Part shown: positions 29,026-38,171 of the stretch, in pieces
Layout of the letters: each line of letters starts with the position of its first letter
Numbering within the stretch: the stretch's first letter is position 1
NCBI GenBank assembly: GCA_963762255.1
Contig: CAVXKA010000003.1
Span: forward strand, 896,001 to 960,000
Direction of reading: 5' to 3'
DNA from: Candidatus Eiseniibacteriota bacterium
GTDB lineage: Bacteria; Eisenbacteria; RBG-16-71-46; JABDJR01
DNA length: 64,000 nucleotides
Program-made: the position numbers and the translations under genes
Notes under the pieces: model-generated
Seen by the model: only the letters and a program-made list of their open reading frames with translations
What the model was told of the DNA's origin: nothing
Database searches by the model: none

Positions 29026-29661
29026 ATGGCGCGCATGATTGCGCCCAAGTTCCCCCTCGAGGACCGTGCGGTTCTCGGCTGGTACCCCGCCGAGAACGTG
29101 CTCCTGAACCTGCACGGGGACTACGACTACCTGACCGCCGGCTACTACATCTCCCAGGACCTGGAATCGCAGGGATACCCGGTCGCTCCCACCTGTCTCG
29201 AGATCCTCGACGGGTATGTCACCCCGCTCATGCTGGAGAAGGCGCGCCTCGCCGGGATCCCGGTGCCCAACTACTACCTCACCAACGGCTACTTCGAACC
29301 CCCGGTGATCGTGGACCCCGTCAACCCCTTCATGTCGGGGCACAGCATCGTCCTCAAGCGGGGGCACCAGGAGCGAGTGGCCAAGTCCATGTCCCGCAAC
29401 TCCACCTACGCCATCTGTTGTCAGGAACTCCCCGCCGGCGCGCAGGTCCGCGCGTTCCGCGCGGTGCTCGGATGGTCGGGCGACAAGCGATACCGAGAGC
29501 TCGCCGCGGCGATTTGGCGGGTCTTCCGCATCCCGGTCGCGGTCGTGCGCGTGGTGATCGGCGACGACGGCCGCCCGCTGTTGAGCGCCATGCAGCCGCT
29601 CACCAAGCTCAAGGCGAAGGAGCGCGCCTACCTCAACCGGGTGGTGACATGGCCCGCATAG
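29026..29661 (+). CDS. Stand-alone RimK-like ATP-grasp N-terminal (RLAN) domain protein
   Basis: 'NL.GDY.YLT.GYY.S...E..G..V.PT' RLAN signature. Start is 29026 or 29035. Confidence 0.8.
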   Translation: MARMIAPKFPLEDRAVLGWYPAENVLLNLHGDYDYLTAGYYISQDLESQGYPVAPTCLEILDGYVTPLMLEKARLAGIPVPNYYLTNGYFEPPVIVDPVNPFMSGHSIVLKRGHQERVAKSMSRNSTYAICCQELPAGAQVRAFRAVLGWSGDKRYRELAAAIWRVFRIPVAVVRVVIGDDGRPLLSAMQPLTKLKAKERAYLNRVVTWPA

Positions 29662-30533
29662 GCGTCTACATCGAGCGCTACACGGTGAACCGCTCGGAGG
29701 AGATGGAAGCGCTCATGCGCTTCGGATGGGAGGCGCAGCGCCTCGGCCATCACATGGAGTTCCTCTTCCGGACGGACGTCTACAAGATCCCCCAGTTCGA
29801 CGGGCTCTTCATCCGTGCGCTCACCGATCCACTGAACTCCTCGTTCGTGGCGTCGCGCACCGCGGAGCTGCACGGGCTGCGCGTGATCGACGACTCCCTC
29901 TCGATCCTCATCTGCTGCGACAAGATCAACATGTACCGGCATCTGATCCAGGCCAAGGTGCCGCTGCCGGACACCGTGTTCCTGCGCGAGGCCGATGTGA
30001 CGCAGGCCAAGGGCGAGGAGCTGCTGGATACGCTGGGCTCCCCGCTCGTGCTCAAGGCGCCCAACTCCTCGTTCTCGCTCTACGTGGACCGGGTGAGCCG
30101 CCCCAGGGATTTCGTGAAGACGGGAAAGCGCTACTTGCGCCGCGCCGACCGTATCCTCGCCCAGCGCTTCGTCGCCTCCGAGTTCGACTGGCGCGTGGGC
30201 ATTCTCGCCGGGGAAGTCCTCTATGTATGCCAGTACGGCATTCCCAAGCGCCGCTGGAAAATCATGACCTACACCGAGAGCGGCCGTGTGATTTCCGGTC
30301 CGGTGCGGGCGATGACTCCCGCCGAGGTGAGCCCGGCGCTGCTCGACACCGCGCGCGCGGCCGCGGCCGCGATCGGCAAGGGGCTCTACGGTATCGACAT
30401 CAAGCAGAGCGGCGACGCCTTCAGCGTGATCGAGGTGAACGACAATCCCACCATTGCGGTGGGAGAAGAGGACAAGGCCGCCCCGGATCTCTACGAGCGA
30501 ATCGTCCGCTACCTGGCCGGCGAGTGGGGATAG
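29649..30533 (+). CDS. RimK-family ATP-grasp peptide ligase
   Basis: 'FIRALT', 'CCDK', 'PLVLKAPNSSFS..V', 'Q.F...FDWRVG', 'GLYGIDIK', 'IEVNDNP'. Confidence 0.9.
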   Translation: MARIGVYIERYTVNRSEEMEALMRFGWEAQRLGHHMEFLFRTDVYKIPQFDGLFIRALTDPLNSSFVASRTAELHGLRVIDDSLSILICCDKINMYRHLIQAKVPLPDTVFLREADVTQAKGEELLDTLGSPLVLKAPNSSFSLYVDRVSRPRDFVKTGKRYLRRADRILAQRFVASEFDWRVGILAGEVLYVCQYGIPKRRWKIMTYTESGRVISGPVRAMTPAEVSPALLDTARAAAAAIGKGLYGIDIKQSGDAFSVIEVNDNPTIAVGEEDKAAPDLYERIVRYLAGEWG

Positions 30534-30537
30534 GGTC

Positions 30538-31635
30538 ATGACGATTCGCGTGCGGCGCGCCACGGAGAACGACGTCGACGCGCTCGTGCGTCTGGAGGAG
30601 GTGTTCCCCAGCGACCGGTTCGACGCCAAGCACATCCGGTACCACATGGGGCGGTCGGACTCCACGGTGTTCGTGCTCGACGACGACGGCGCGATTGCGG
30701 GTTCGGCCTTCGTGCTCTGGCGGCGCAACATGGGTCTGGCGCGCCTCTACTCCATCGCCGTCGATCCTTCCCGGCAGGGCGGCGGACTCGGGGCCATACT
30801 CCTCGACGCGGCGGAGAGGGCGGCGCAGCGAAGAGGCCTCGGGGGGATGATCCTCGAAGTGCGCGAGGACAACCTGAGCGCCAGGCAGTTCTACGAGAAC
30901 CGCGGCTACCGGGTGACGGCAAAGCTCTCCCGCTACTACGAGGACGACGCCCCCGGGGTGCGCATGGCCAAGCGACTTCTGGAGGAGTCGATCCCGGACG
31001 TGCGCCTGGAGGTGCCCTACTACGGCCAGACCCAGGAGTTCACCTGCGGCCCCGCCTGCCTGATGATGGCGATGAAGCGCGCCGACCCGGGGCTCGCCCT
31101 GACCCGCACCCTCGAGTTCATGTTGTGGAAGGAAGCGACGCTCATCTTCATGACGTCGGGTGTCGGGGGGTGCGGGCCGATGGGGCTCTCGGTCGCGGCG
31201 CGCCGGCGCGGCTTTCACGTGGAGGCCGCGGTGAGCAGCCGCCGGGTCCCGTTCCTCTCCTCGGTCCGCGCTCGCGAGAAGAAGGAAGTGATCACGCTAG
31301 TCCATCACGAACTGCGACGTGAGGCGATCGAGCTCGGAGTCGAGGTGGATACCTTCGGCTTCGGCCTCCCCACCCTCAGCAATGGAATGCGCCGCGGTTT
31401 GGTGCCGATCGTGCTCATCAGCACGTTCCGCCTCCACAAGATCCGGTCGCCGCACTGGGTGGTGGTGACCGGTCTCGACCGCGAGCGCGTGACGATCCAC
31501 GATCCCTACGAGGCGTTCTACGTCCACGACAGCCGCAAGGGGCGCGACGTCGTGGTGACGCGCGACGAGTTCGTGCGCATGACCTCGTTCGGGGCGGGCG
31601 GGTTCCGAGCGGTGGTGATGGTGGGGGCGGGGTGA
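30538..31635 (+). CDS. GNAT acetyltransferase fused to a C39-like papain peptidase (DUF3335-type)
   Basis: RimI-like 'RLYSIAV...QG.GLG..L', 'LEVREDN..A..FY'; 'YYGQTQEFTCGPAC' (Cys), 'PHWVVV' (His), 'IHDP' (Asp). Confidence 0.9.
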   Translation: MTIRVRRATENDVDALVRLEEVFPSDRFDAKHIRYHMGRSDSTVFVLDDDGAIAGSAFVLWRRNMGLARLYSIAVDPSRQGGGLGAILLDAAERAAQRRGLGGMILEVREDNLSARQFYENRGYRVTAKLSRYYEDDAPGVRMAKRLLEESIPDVRLEVPYYGQTQEFTCGPACLMMAMKRADPGLALTRTLEFMLWKEATLIFMTSGVGGCGPMGLSVAARRRGFHVEAAVSSRRVPFLSSVRAREKKEVITLVHHELRREAIELGVEVDTFGFGLPTLSNGMRRGLVPIVLISTFRLHKIRSPHWVVVTGLDRERVTIHDPYEAFYVHDSRKGRDVVVTRDEFVRMTSFGAGGFRAVVMVGAG

Positions 31636-31751
31636 TTTGCCGGGTGGAATTCTGACTGCCAACTCGAGGACGGAAGTGCTTGTCCTGCTAGGCCTCAAAC
31701 CCGCGACGGCCACCTTGGCGGAGCGGAACGCCTACTCTGGCTGCGTTCGAC

Positions 31752-33650
31752 TCAATCCAGCACCACGAACTTTCTCGTCTCGTCGATGCCGGGACCGGTG
31801 AGGCGGTAGAGGTAGATGCCTGAGGGCATTTCACCGCGCTCCAGGGTGATGGCGTTCTCCCCTTCGTGAATCTCGATCTGATCCGCTTGGCGAACAAGCC
31901 GACCCCCGACCGAAAACACCGCTAGCCGACCCATTCCATGCGCAGATGAAGCGAACCCGATGCGTGTGCTCCTGGAGAATGGATTCGGGCTGCTCTGAAG
32001 CGTCGGTCTCAAATCCGGTGGAGAATCCTCGACACCCGTCACCGTACCGATCCGGAGGAGCTCGATCCCGTCCCCCGTTCCCAGATTCCGGCTGTACTGC
32101 ATGTCCACCGGGTTGTTCCAATGCTCGTGAACGCCCAGGCTCGGCAAGCGCTCGACGTCGCCGGCATGATTCGGATCGTAGAAAGTCCCCGACGGCGGAT
32201 CGTCGGCTTGGGCCGCCTCGTGCAGGTAGTCGTCGGCCCCGGGGAGCTTGGGGTAGTTCCGGGGATCGCCCTCCTCCTGCATGAGGTCGAAGCAGACCGA
32301 ATCCAGCGCGATCGGGTCCTGGGAGGCAAACAGGCTCGAGGTCCAGTCCCCATTGAAGGGCGGAGCATCCCAGCGTCGCGGCGCGACGTCGTCGGGATGC
32401 ACTCCCGAGTAGAGGCCGTCGATCAGACAGAGCACCGTCTTTTCGCCCAGGTGCGCGTGTCCCAGAAGATCGACCAGAGCTCGGTACTGACCGGTAGCCG
32501 GGGCGAGATTGGCCAGGCTGAGGTGCATATCGAAGTAGGCGGAGTCCATCGGGATCCGGGCCAGCGAGCCATAGTGATTCTTGGCGCTCAGGGTCACTCC
32601 GGCATGGCTATGGCTCTTGAAATTGGCCATGTTGATCAGGTACGCAGCCTCGACATAGCAAGCGGGCACGTAGTCCGGGATCACGCCCGCCGGGTGAGTA
32701 CTCCAGTGCACGGGGACATCCGAAAGCGGCACACCGGTGCGGGGGTGCTCGGCGTTGCCGCCATAGTAGTCAAGGTAGCGTACATCTGGAAACTCGGCGT
32801 GGAGCGACGAGTAGTACTCGTTCGGAAACAAACAAAGGGGGTCACCAACCGAGATGTCGGCCGGGGAGACGTTGACCACGTACACCAACTGGCGCAAGAG
32901 AGCCAGAATCATCTGGGGTGACGTGTTCATGTAGTCCGGATCGTGGATCATGTCGTAGCTATTCTCGTCGGTCCCTCCCCAAAGGTAGTGGCACCCCACG
33001 AAGTTGACCTTGATGACGATCCTCTCTCCAGGGGAATAGCCGACGTCCCCGGCTCCACGCGATAGGTTGAAATACCGGAACAGGTGGTTCCAGGCTCCGG
33101 CGTCGGAGACCTGGTCGGTAAGCCCGCGTAGCGACCCGGACATCATCTGGTCCACGACAGCCTGGTCCGTGTGCGTGCTCTCCCACCAGTGTCCGTCACC
33201 CGGACCATCCCAGTCGGTCGCGGCGGGATCATGCACCCAGACGACCCGTCCCGGTTTGACCCCCTTGGCCACACCAATCGGAGCATTCGGAACCGGGGGA
33301 TCAGCCCAGACCGGCGTCCCCGAGGGCGCCATCAGGGTCGCAACTCCGATGGCTGCCGCACCCACGAGAAAGATGCCCGCCAGCACGACGTGCGAATGCC
33401 CCCACAGCCGGCGTGCCTTGCGGTAGGCGCATGCCGAAGTAAGCAATCCAATCAGCCACAGCACAAAGCCGCCCGCAAGGGGGGCGGCGGCGCGCTGGCA
33501 GGGATAGGAAGCCCGGGAGGGTTTGGGGACTACGCGAACGAGGTACCAAGCCAGGGCCGCCAGCCCCACCGACGGTAGCAGCCACCGGGCCGGGTGCTTG
33601 TCGACCTCATCTCCGCGGCGATGGTGCTGCCTCCGACAGACTGCGCGCAT
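31752..33650 (-). CDS. DUF362 domain protein with a C-terminal T9SS/FlgD-like Ig domain
   Basis: 'RVVPKPSRA.YPC', 'PGRVVWVHDP', 'KSH..AGVTL.AKNHYG', 'DPIALDSV', 'GVHEHWNN'; ends 'PNPF...G.L.R...SGIYLYRL...KFVVL'. Confidence 0.85.
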   Translation of the reverse strand: MRAVCRRQHHRRGDEVDKHPARWLLPSVGLAALAWYLVRVVPKPSRASYPCQRAAAPLAGGFVLWLIGLLTSACAYRKARRLWGHSHVVLAGIFLVGAAAIGVATLMAPSGTPVWADPPVPNAPIGVAKGVKPGRVVWVHDPAATDWDGPGDGHWWESTHTDQAVVDQMMSGSLRGLTDQVSDAGAWNHLFRYFNLSRGAGDVGYSPGERIVIKVNFVGCHYLWGGTDENSYDMIHDPDYMNTSPQMILALLRQLVYVVNVSPADISVGDPLCLFPNEYYSSLHAEFPDVRYLDYYGGNAEHPRTGVPLSDVPVHWSTHPAGVIPDYVPACYVEAAYLINMANFKSHSHAGVTLSAKNHYGSLARIPMDSAYFDMHLSLANLAPATGQYRALVDLLGHAHLGEKTVLCLIDGLYSGVHPDDVAPRRWDAPPFNGDWTSSLFASQDPIALDSVCFDLMQEEGDPRNYPKLPGADDYLHEAAQADDPPSGTFYDPNHAGDVERLPSLGVHEHWNNPVDMQYSRNLGTGDGIELLRIGTVTGVEDSPPDLRPTLQSSPNPFSRSTRIGFASSAHGMGRLAVFSVGGRLVRQADQIEIHEGENAITLERGEMPSGIYLYRLTGPGIDETRKFVVLD

Positions 33651-33778
33651 GGCATCTCCTGGAAGGTGCGGGAAGACAACTCTACCATGGCATCGGACCC
33701 ATTTGCGGCATGGCGGGGCGAAGCGAAGTGACGTCTGGCTCGCGGCGAGGCCGTGCTGAAGATGGTCGACCCGTTGAA

Positions 33779-33795
33779 AAGATGGAGCGGAAGAC
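33779..33795 (-). repeat. att-like direct repeat: copy of the tRNA-Gly 3' end
   Basis: AAGATGGAGCGGAAGAC is identical to 34499-34515 (last 13 nt of the tRNA plus 4 flanking nt). Confidence 0.85.
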
Positions 33796-33950
33796 AGACC
33801 GGAACAAGCTCGTAGGAAACCGCCGGAGGACGGCTTCGTGAGCTACTCCTCCGTCTCGCTGAAGCAGAACCGAGCCTGAAGAACGCCGCAGCCGGCATCC
33901 GCCGCAGACCCCGTCGAAAGGGCAAACCCTAGGTTCCACCAGTTCCCCCT

Positions 33951-33973
33951 TATGGTATACTTTTTATACCGTA
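33951..33973 (+). promoter_or_regulatory. TA promoter/operator: extended -10 inside an inverted repeat
   Basis: TATGGTATA-N5-TATACCGTA (1 mismatch) overlapping TGgTATACT. Confidence 0.7.
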
Positions 33974-33995
33974 ATGGCGTACATCGGAGGTAACG

Positions 33996-34256
33996 GTGCT
34001 CTTCGAGTTCGATGAAGCCAAGAGTCGCAGCAACAAGGCAAAGCACGGCATCGACTTCGTCAAGGCCGAGGCCCTGTGGCTCGACGACAGGCTCATCGAG
34101 GTCCCGGTCCGTACCGAGGATGAGCCGCGGTTCGTGGTGATCGGGATGATCGGTGGCAAGCACTGGTCAGCGGTGATCACCTACCGCGAAGACAGAATCC
34201 GACTGATCTCCGTCCGCCGGTCGCGCGACGAGGAGGTGGCGCTTTATGAAGGCTAG
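33996..34256 (+). CDS. brnT: BrnT family type II toxin (RNase)
   Basis: 'FEFDEAKS..N..KHGIDF..A..LW', 'IRLISVRR'; GGAGG RBS. Confidence 0.93.
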   Translation: MLFEFDEAKSRSNKAKHGIDFVKAEALWLDDRLIEVPVRTEDEPRFVVIGMIGGKHWSAVITYREDRIRLISVRRSRDEEVALYEG

Positions 34257-34474
34257 GGAGTTCGACAAGAAGTTCGATGCCGGCAAGGAACGTCATGAGC
34301 GACCTAGACGTGTCGAGTGCCCGTAGGCCCCTTCAGGAAGCCCGACGTGTGAACGTGGACTTCCCCTCCTGGATGGTCGACTCGCTCGACCGCGAGGCCG
34401 AGCGTCTCGGCGTGACGCGCCAGTCCGTCATCAAGATCTGGATCGCGGAGCGGCTCGAGCGCAAGGTGTCGTAG
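34246..34474 (+). pseudogene. brnA: BrnA/CopG RHH antitoxin with an apparent +1 frameshift at ~34290
   Basis: ATG 34246 reads MKAREFDKKFDAGK. Removing one A continues into DVMSDLD...RRVNVDFPSWM..SLDREA.RLGVTRQS.IK.W. Confidence 0.8.
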
Positions 34475-34502
34475 CGCTTCGCGCCGTCACGATTGAAGAA
34501 GA

Positions 34503-34578
34503 TGGAGCGGAAGACGGGACTCGAACCCGCGACAACCACCTTGGCAAGGTGGAGCTCTACCAACTGAGCTACTTCCGC
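34503..34578 (-). tRNA. tRNA-Gly(GCC)
   Basis: GCGGAAGTAGCTCAGTTGGTAGAGCTCCACCTTGCCAAGGTGGTTGTCGCGGGTTCGAGTCCCGTCTTCCGCTCCA: 76 nt, full cloverleaf, encoded CCA. Confidence 0.98.
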
Positions 34579-34597
34579 TCTCTCAAGGCGGGCCAAG

Positions 34598-34627
34598 ACT
34601 CTATCGGCACCGGGGGGGGCGAGTCAA
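34598..34627 (-). promoter_or_regulatory. sigma70 promoter of tRNA-Gly
   Basis: TTGACT-N18-TAGAGT. Confidence 0.7.
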
Positions 34628-34634
34628 CTCGTTT

Positions 34635-34663
34635 TTGACCGCGCGGCGCCCCAACCCTATACT
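34635..34663 (+). promoter_or_regulatory. sigma70 promoter of lysC
   Basis: TTGACC-N17-TATACT. Confidence 0.8.
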
Positions 34664-34728
34664 CTGGCGTCGCTTGCCCAGCCTCCCGACTCCGGGGGCC
34701 GCGGCCACGTTCCAACGGAGGTCAGCGC

Positions 34729-35940
34729 GTGCTCCTCGTCCAGAAATACGGCGGAACCTCGGTGGGCACGCCAAGCCGCATCCGGCGCGTGGCGGACCGC
34801 ATCGCAGCACGCCACCGCGCCGGCGACCGCGTGGTGGTGGTGGTCTCCGCCATGGGGCACAGCACCGATCGGCTGGTCGCGCTTGCCGAGAAGGTCACCT
34901 CGCACCCCAGCCGCCGCGAGATGGACATGCTCCTCACCGCGGGCGAACGGATCAGCATGGCGCTCCTCTCCATGGCGCTCCACGCGCGCGGTGTCTCCGC
35001 CATCTCCTTCACCGGGAGCCAGAGCGGCGTCATCACCGACACCGCGCACACCCGCGCGCGCATCCTGGAGATCCGCCCGGTGCGCATCGGGCCGGAACTC
35101 GAGCGCGGTCGCGTCGTGATCGTTGCAGGATTCCAGGGAGTGAGCCGCGAGAAAGAGGTGACCACGCTGGGGCGCGGCGGCAGCGACACCTCCGCGGTGG
35201 CGCTGGCGGTGGGACTGCGCGCCGATCTCTGCGAGATCTACACCGATGTCGCAGGCGTCATGAGCGCGGATCCGCGCGTAGTCCCCGAGGGTCGTCTCCT
35301 CTCATCCGTGTCCTGGGACACCATGCTCGAGATGGCCTGCTGCGGCGCGGGGGTCATGCACGCGCGCGCGGTGGATCTGGCGCGGCGTCGGCGGGTTCCG
35401 TTTCACGTGCGTTCGGCGTTTTCGAGGAAGGATGGCACCGTGGTCGAAGGCGATGCGATCGAGAGCGGACCTGTAGTGGCGGCGGTCACGGGGCTCCCCC
35501 GCGTGGCGGAGGTGCAGATGAGCGGACTCGCGCTCTCGCCGGTCGCGCGCGCCGCGTTCTTCGAGGCGATGGACGCGCTCCTGGAGGACCTCTCCGGATT
35601 GCACCAGTACGGCGAGGGCGATCGCTCGCATGTCGCGTTTCACATCCCGGTGAGCCCCGAGGCGGAGGACGTATTGAGCCGCCTGCGTGAGCTGACCGAG
35701 CGCCACGGCGGGCGGATGAGCGTCTCGCTGGAGCATGCCGCGGTGTCGGTGGTCGGGACCGGAGTACTCGATGCCCCCGCGGTCGCTGCGCGCGTCCATC
35801 GCGCGCTCGCGGAAGCCGGGGTGGCGCCGGCCTCGTTCCAGAGCGGAAACTTGAGCCTCACGTTCCTCGTGCCGCGCGATGGCTTTGCGGCCGCGCAGCG
35901 CGCGCTGCACCGGGAGTTTCTGGAAGCGCGGGAGACCTAA
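34729..35940 (+). CDS. lysC: Aspartate kinase
   Basis: '[10 protein letters not shown]', 'VVVVSAMG', 'AGFQG', '[12 protein letters not shown]', 'YTDV.GV..ADPR'; ACT domains. Confidence 0.96.
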   Translation: MLLVQKYGGTSVGTPSRIRRVADRIAARHRAGDRVVVVVSAMGHSTDRLVALAEKVTSHPSRREMDMLLTAGERISMALLSMALHARGVSAISFTGSQSGVITDTAHTRARILEIRPVRIGPELERGRVVIVAGFQGVSREKEVTTLGRGGSDTSAVALAVGLRADLCEIYTDVAGVMSADPRVVPEGRLLSSVSWDTMLEMACCGAGVMHARAVDLARRRRVPFHVRSAFSRKDGTVVEGDAIESGPVVAAVTGLPRVAEVQMSGLALSPVARAAFFEAMDALLEDLSGLHQYGEGDRSHVAFHIPVSPEAEDVLSRLRELTERHGGRMSVSLEHAAVSVVGTGVLDAPAVAARVHRALAEAGVAPASFQSGNLSLTFLVPRDGFAAAQRALHREFLEARET

Positions 35941-36062
35941 GCCGAGCTCTCTGCCGCTTTCCGGCGGGAAAGACGGCCTAAGTGGAAGTATTTCGCTGGA
36001 CTTGATACGCAAAGATTCATGTGATAGCGTGCTGCTGTAAGGGCGCCCTGATCGGAGCAGTC

Positions 36063-38171
36063 ATGCTTGAGGGGTCACTCAGTTCGCGCGCGTTGCGTGC
36101 GGGCCGCCTCCTGTTTCCCGCGCTGATCGTCCTGGGACCTGGACATTCGTTTGCTGTCTCCACTCCCGAGCCGCGCGTCGCAGCCTCTCGCGTCGCTCTT
36201 TCCCTCGTGGACGTCCGGCCCACGCGGCTGTCCCCCAGCGTCTCGAAGCTGCTCAACGGAGATACGGCGGCACGCCGACACTTCTGGCTGTTCCTCACCG
36301 GCGATGCCAGCTCCCGTTCCTTCCAACGCTGGCAAGAGATGGAAGACGCCATCCGTGATTGCGGAGCGGCCCCCAGATGGAGATCCCGATGGTTGAACGC
36401 GGTGAGCGTGGCGGCTCCGGTCGCCACGGCGCCACGCCTCGGCGCCCTTCCTTTCGTGACCCGGGTGGATCTCGTCGGCCGCTGGCGGCGGGTGGAGCCC
36501 GTTGATGGCCGAACGATAGAGATAGACGACCGAGTCGGGCGGATGAGTTCACACGAACCGGCAAGGTCTGCGGCCTTCGCTCCAGATCCCTACGGCAACT
36601 CCCGCGGGCAGGCGGAGCGCATTGGGGCGGTGACGATGCACGATCTCGGCTACACCGGAGCCGGCCTGCGAATCGCGATGCTTGACGGCGGCTTCCGCAC
36701 GGATCACCCGGCCACTCGGAGCATCCGCGTCATCGCAGAACGTGACTTCGTGTTCAACGATGACGACGTGGACAACGAGTCGGAAGACTGGCCGGACGCA
36801 TGGGTTCACGGGACGCTGACGTGGAGCGAAGTGGGGGGGTACGACCCGGGCCATATGCTGGGGATCGCCTACGGGGCGGAATTCCTATTGGCCAAGACCG
36901 AAGACATCCGAGCGGAGTATCCGCTCGAAGAGGACAACTACATCGCGGCGCTGGAGTGGGCAGAGTCCATGGGAGCCCGCGTCACGACGGCTTCGCTGGC
37001 CTACTTCATCTTCGATGGCGAGGTGGGGTACGGGCAGGTGGATCTGGACGGGCAGACCATCCCGCTGTCGAGGGCAGTTGAAACGGCGGTCTCGCATGGG
37101 CTGGTGGTGCTCAACGGAGCCGGCAACTCCGGACCTGCTCCCACAACGCTGGAATGCCCGGCCGACGCACCGCATGTCGTCAGCGTGGGGGCGGTCGACT
37201 CCACCGGGGTCATCATGAGTTGGAGCTCGCGAGGGCCTACCGCCGACGGACGGATCAAGCCGGAAGTGGTTGCTCAAGGCTGGTCGAACTGGGCCGCCTA
37301 CGCGCCGTACGAAGGATACGCCCGGGCGGGTGGTACCTCCCTGTCCACTCCGTTGATTGCCGGAGCCGTCGCGTTGCTTCTCGAGGCGCACCCCGACTGG
37401 AGCTCGTACCGCGTTCGCGCGGCGCTGATGGAAACCGCCGATAAGGCCACCCAACCGGACAACGCGTACGGCTACGGTCTTGCCAATGTCGCCGCTGCTG
37501 CCGCCCTCGAACCCTCGGCACCGCCTCTTCGCCCCTTGCCGTTCGCCCTGCTCGAACCCGCGTGGGGCGACACGGTGAGGAGCTGGTCCCCCGTGTTGCG
37601 ATGGAGTCGGGAGACGGCGACCGGAGCGGACAGCCTGACCTACTCGCTCGTCCTCTCGTGGGAAAAGGGCTTCTGCTTCGCCGACACGATCCAGGTCGGA
37701 AGCGACACGTGCTGGGTCGGTGACCAATCCGCGTTCTCCTCGGTCGGTGGCGACTGGTACTGGATGGTGATCGCCACTAACAAGGCGGGATGGGCCCGCT
37801 CCTCGCTCGTTCCCCACCACTTCCGGCTCGCCCCCGAAGTCTCGGCACCGCGTGACTCGATCATGCTTCCCCCAAGCCTCAAGGTCGCGGCCTCACCGAA
37901 CCCGCTCGGACCGAGGACCGCGCTTCTCTGCCAGTTCCCGATGCCCGCGGACGGCGCAGAGGCCGGCACGTTTCAGATCGCAGTGCATGACGTAGCCGGC
38001 AGGATCGTGCGCCACATCTCGAGCGGATCCTTCGGATCAGGAACCCGGGACTTGATCGTTCCGTGGGATGGTCGTAACGATGCCGGCAGTCGCCTGGCTC
38101 CCGGCATCTACTTCGTCAGGCTCCGGGCCGGACTCAGCGTCGCCTCCACACGAGTGGTGATTGCGCCATGA
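36063..38171 (+). CDS. S8 subtilisin-like serine peptidase with C-terminal FlgD-like Ig domain
   Basis: Catalytic triad 'LDGGF' / 'HGT' / 'GTSLSTP'; 'RGPTADGRIKPEV'; ends 'WDGRNDAGSRLAPGIYFVRL'. Confidence 0.9.
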   Translation: MLEGSLSSRALRAGRLLFPALIVLGPGHSFAVSTPEPRVAASRVALSLVDVRPTRLSPSVSKLLNGDTAARRHFWLFLTGDASSRSFQRWQEMEDAIRDCGAAPRWRSRWLNAVSVAAPVATAPRLGALPFVTRVDLVGRWRRVEPVDGRTIEIDDRVGRMSSHEPARSAAFAPDPYGNSRGQAERIGAVTMHDLGYTGAGLRIAMLDGGFRTDHPATRSIRVIAERDFVFNDDDVDNESEDWPDAWVHGTLTWSEVGGYDPGHMLGIAYGAEFLLAKTEDIRAEYPLEEDNYIAALEWAESMGARVTTASLAYFIFDGEVGYGQVDLDGQTIPLSRAVETAVSHGLVVLNGAGNSGPAPTTLECPADAPHVVSVGAVDSTGVIMSWSSRGPTADGRIKPEVVAQGWSNWAAYAPYEGYARAGGTSLSTPLIAGAVALLLEAHPDWSSYRVRAALMETADKATQPDNAYGYGLANVAAAAALEPSAPPLRPLPFALLEPAWGDTVRSWSPVLRWSRETATGADSLTYSLVLSWEKGFCFADTIQVGSDTCWVGDQSAFSSVGGDWYWMVIATNKAGWARSSLVPHHFRLAPEVSAPRDSIMLPPSLKVAASPNPLGPRTALLCQFPMPADGAEAGTFQIAVHDVAGRIVRHISSGSFGSGTRDLIVPWDGRNDAGSRLAPGIYFVRLRAGLSVASTRVVIAP

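Larger units (their letters stand above)
33779..34515. mobile_element. ~720-bp tRNA-anchored mini-island or island remnant carrying only a TA pair
   Basis: Bounded by 17-bp direct repeats; no integrase inside. Confidence 0.65.

Noticed and set aside
29026-31635. RimK + C39 cluster as a graspetide (microviridin-like) RiPP locus
   Set aside because: No precursor peptide or ABC exporter; the ligase and DUF3335-type peptidase belong to the RLAN-associated group.
31714-31728. TTGGCGGAGCGG as another tRNA 3'-end att remnant
   Set aside because: Too short to be significant in GC-rich DNA, and it does not match the tRNA-Gly end exactly.
33905-33945. AGGGCAAACC plus GAAA, resembling a c-di-GMP-I riboswitch
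   Set aside because: The elements are in the wrong order; there is no GAAA-capped stem or GACGCAAAG after GGCAAACC.
34664-34728. Lysine riboswitch before lysC (and SAM riboswitch before yitJ)
   Set aside because: The leaders are far too short (about 60 nt and under 10 nt).
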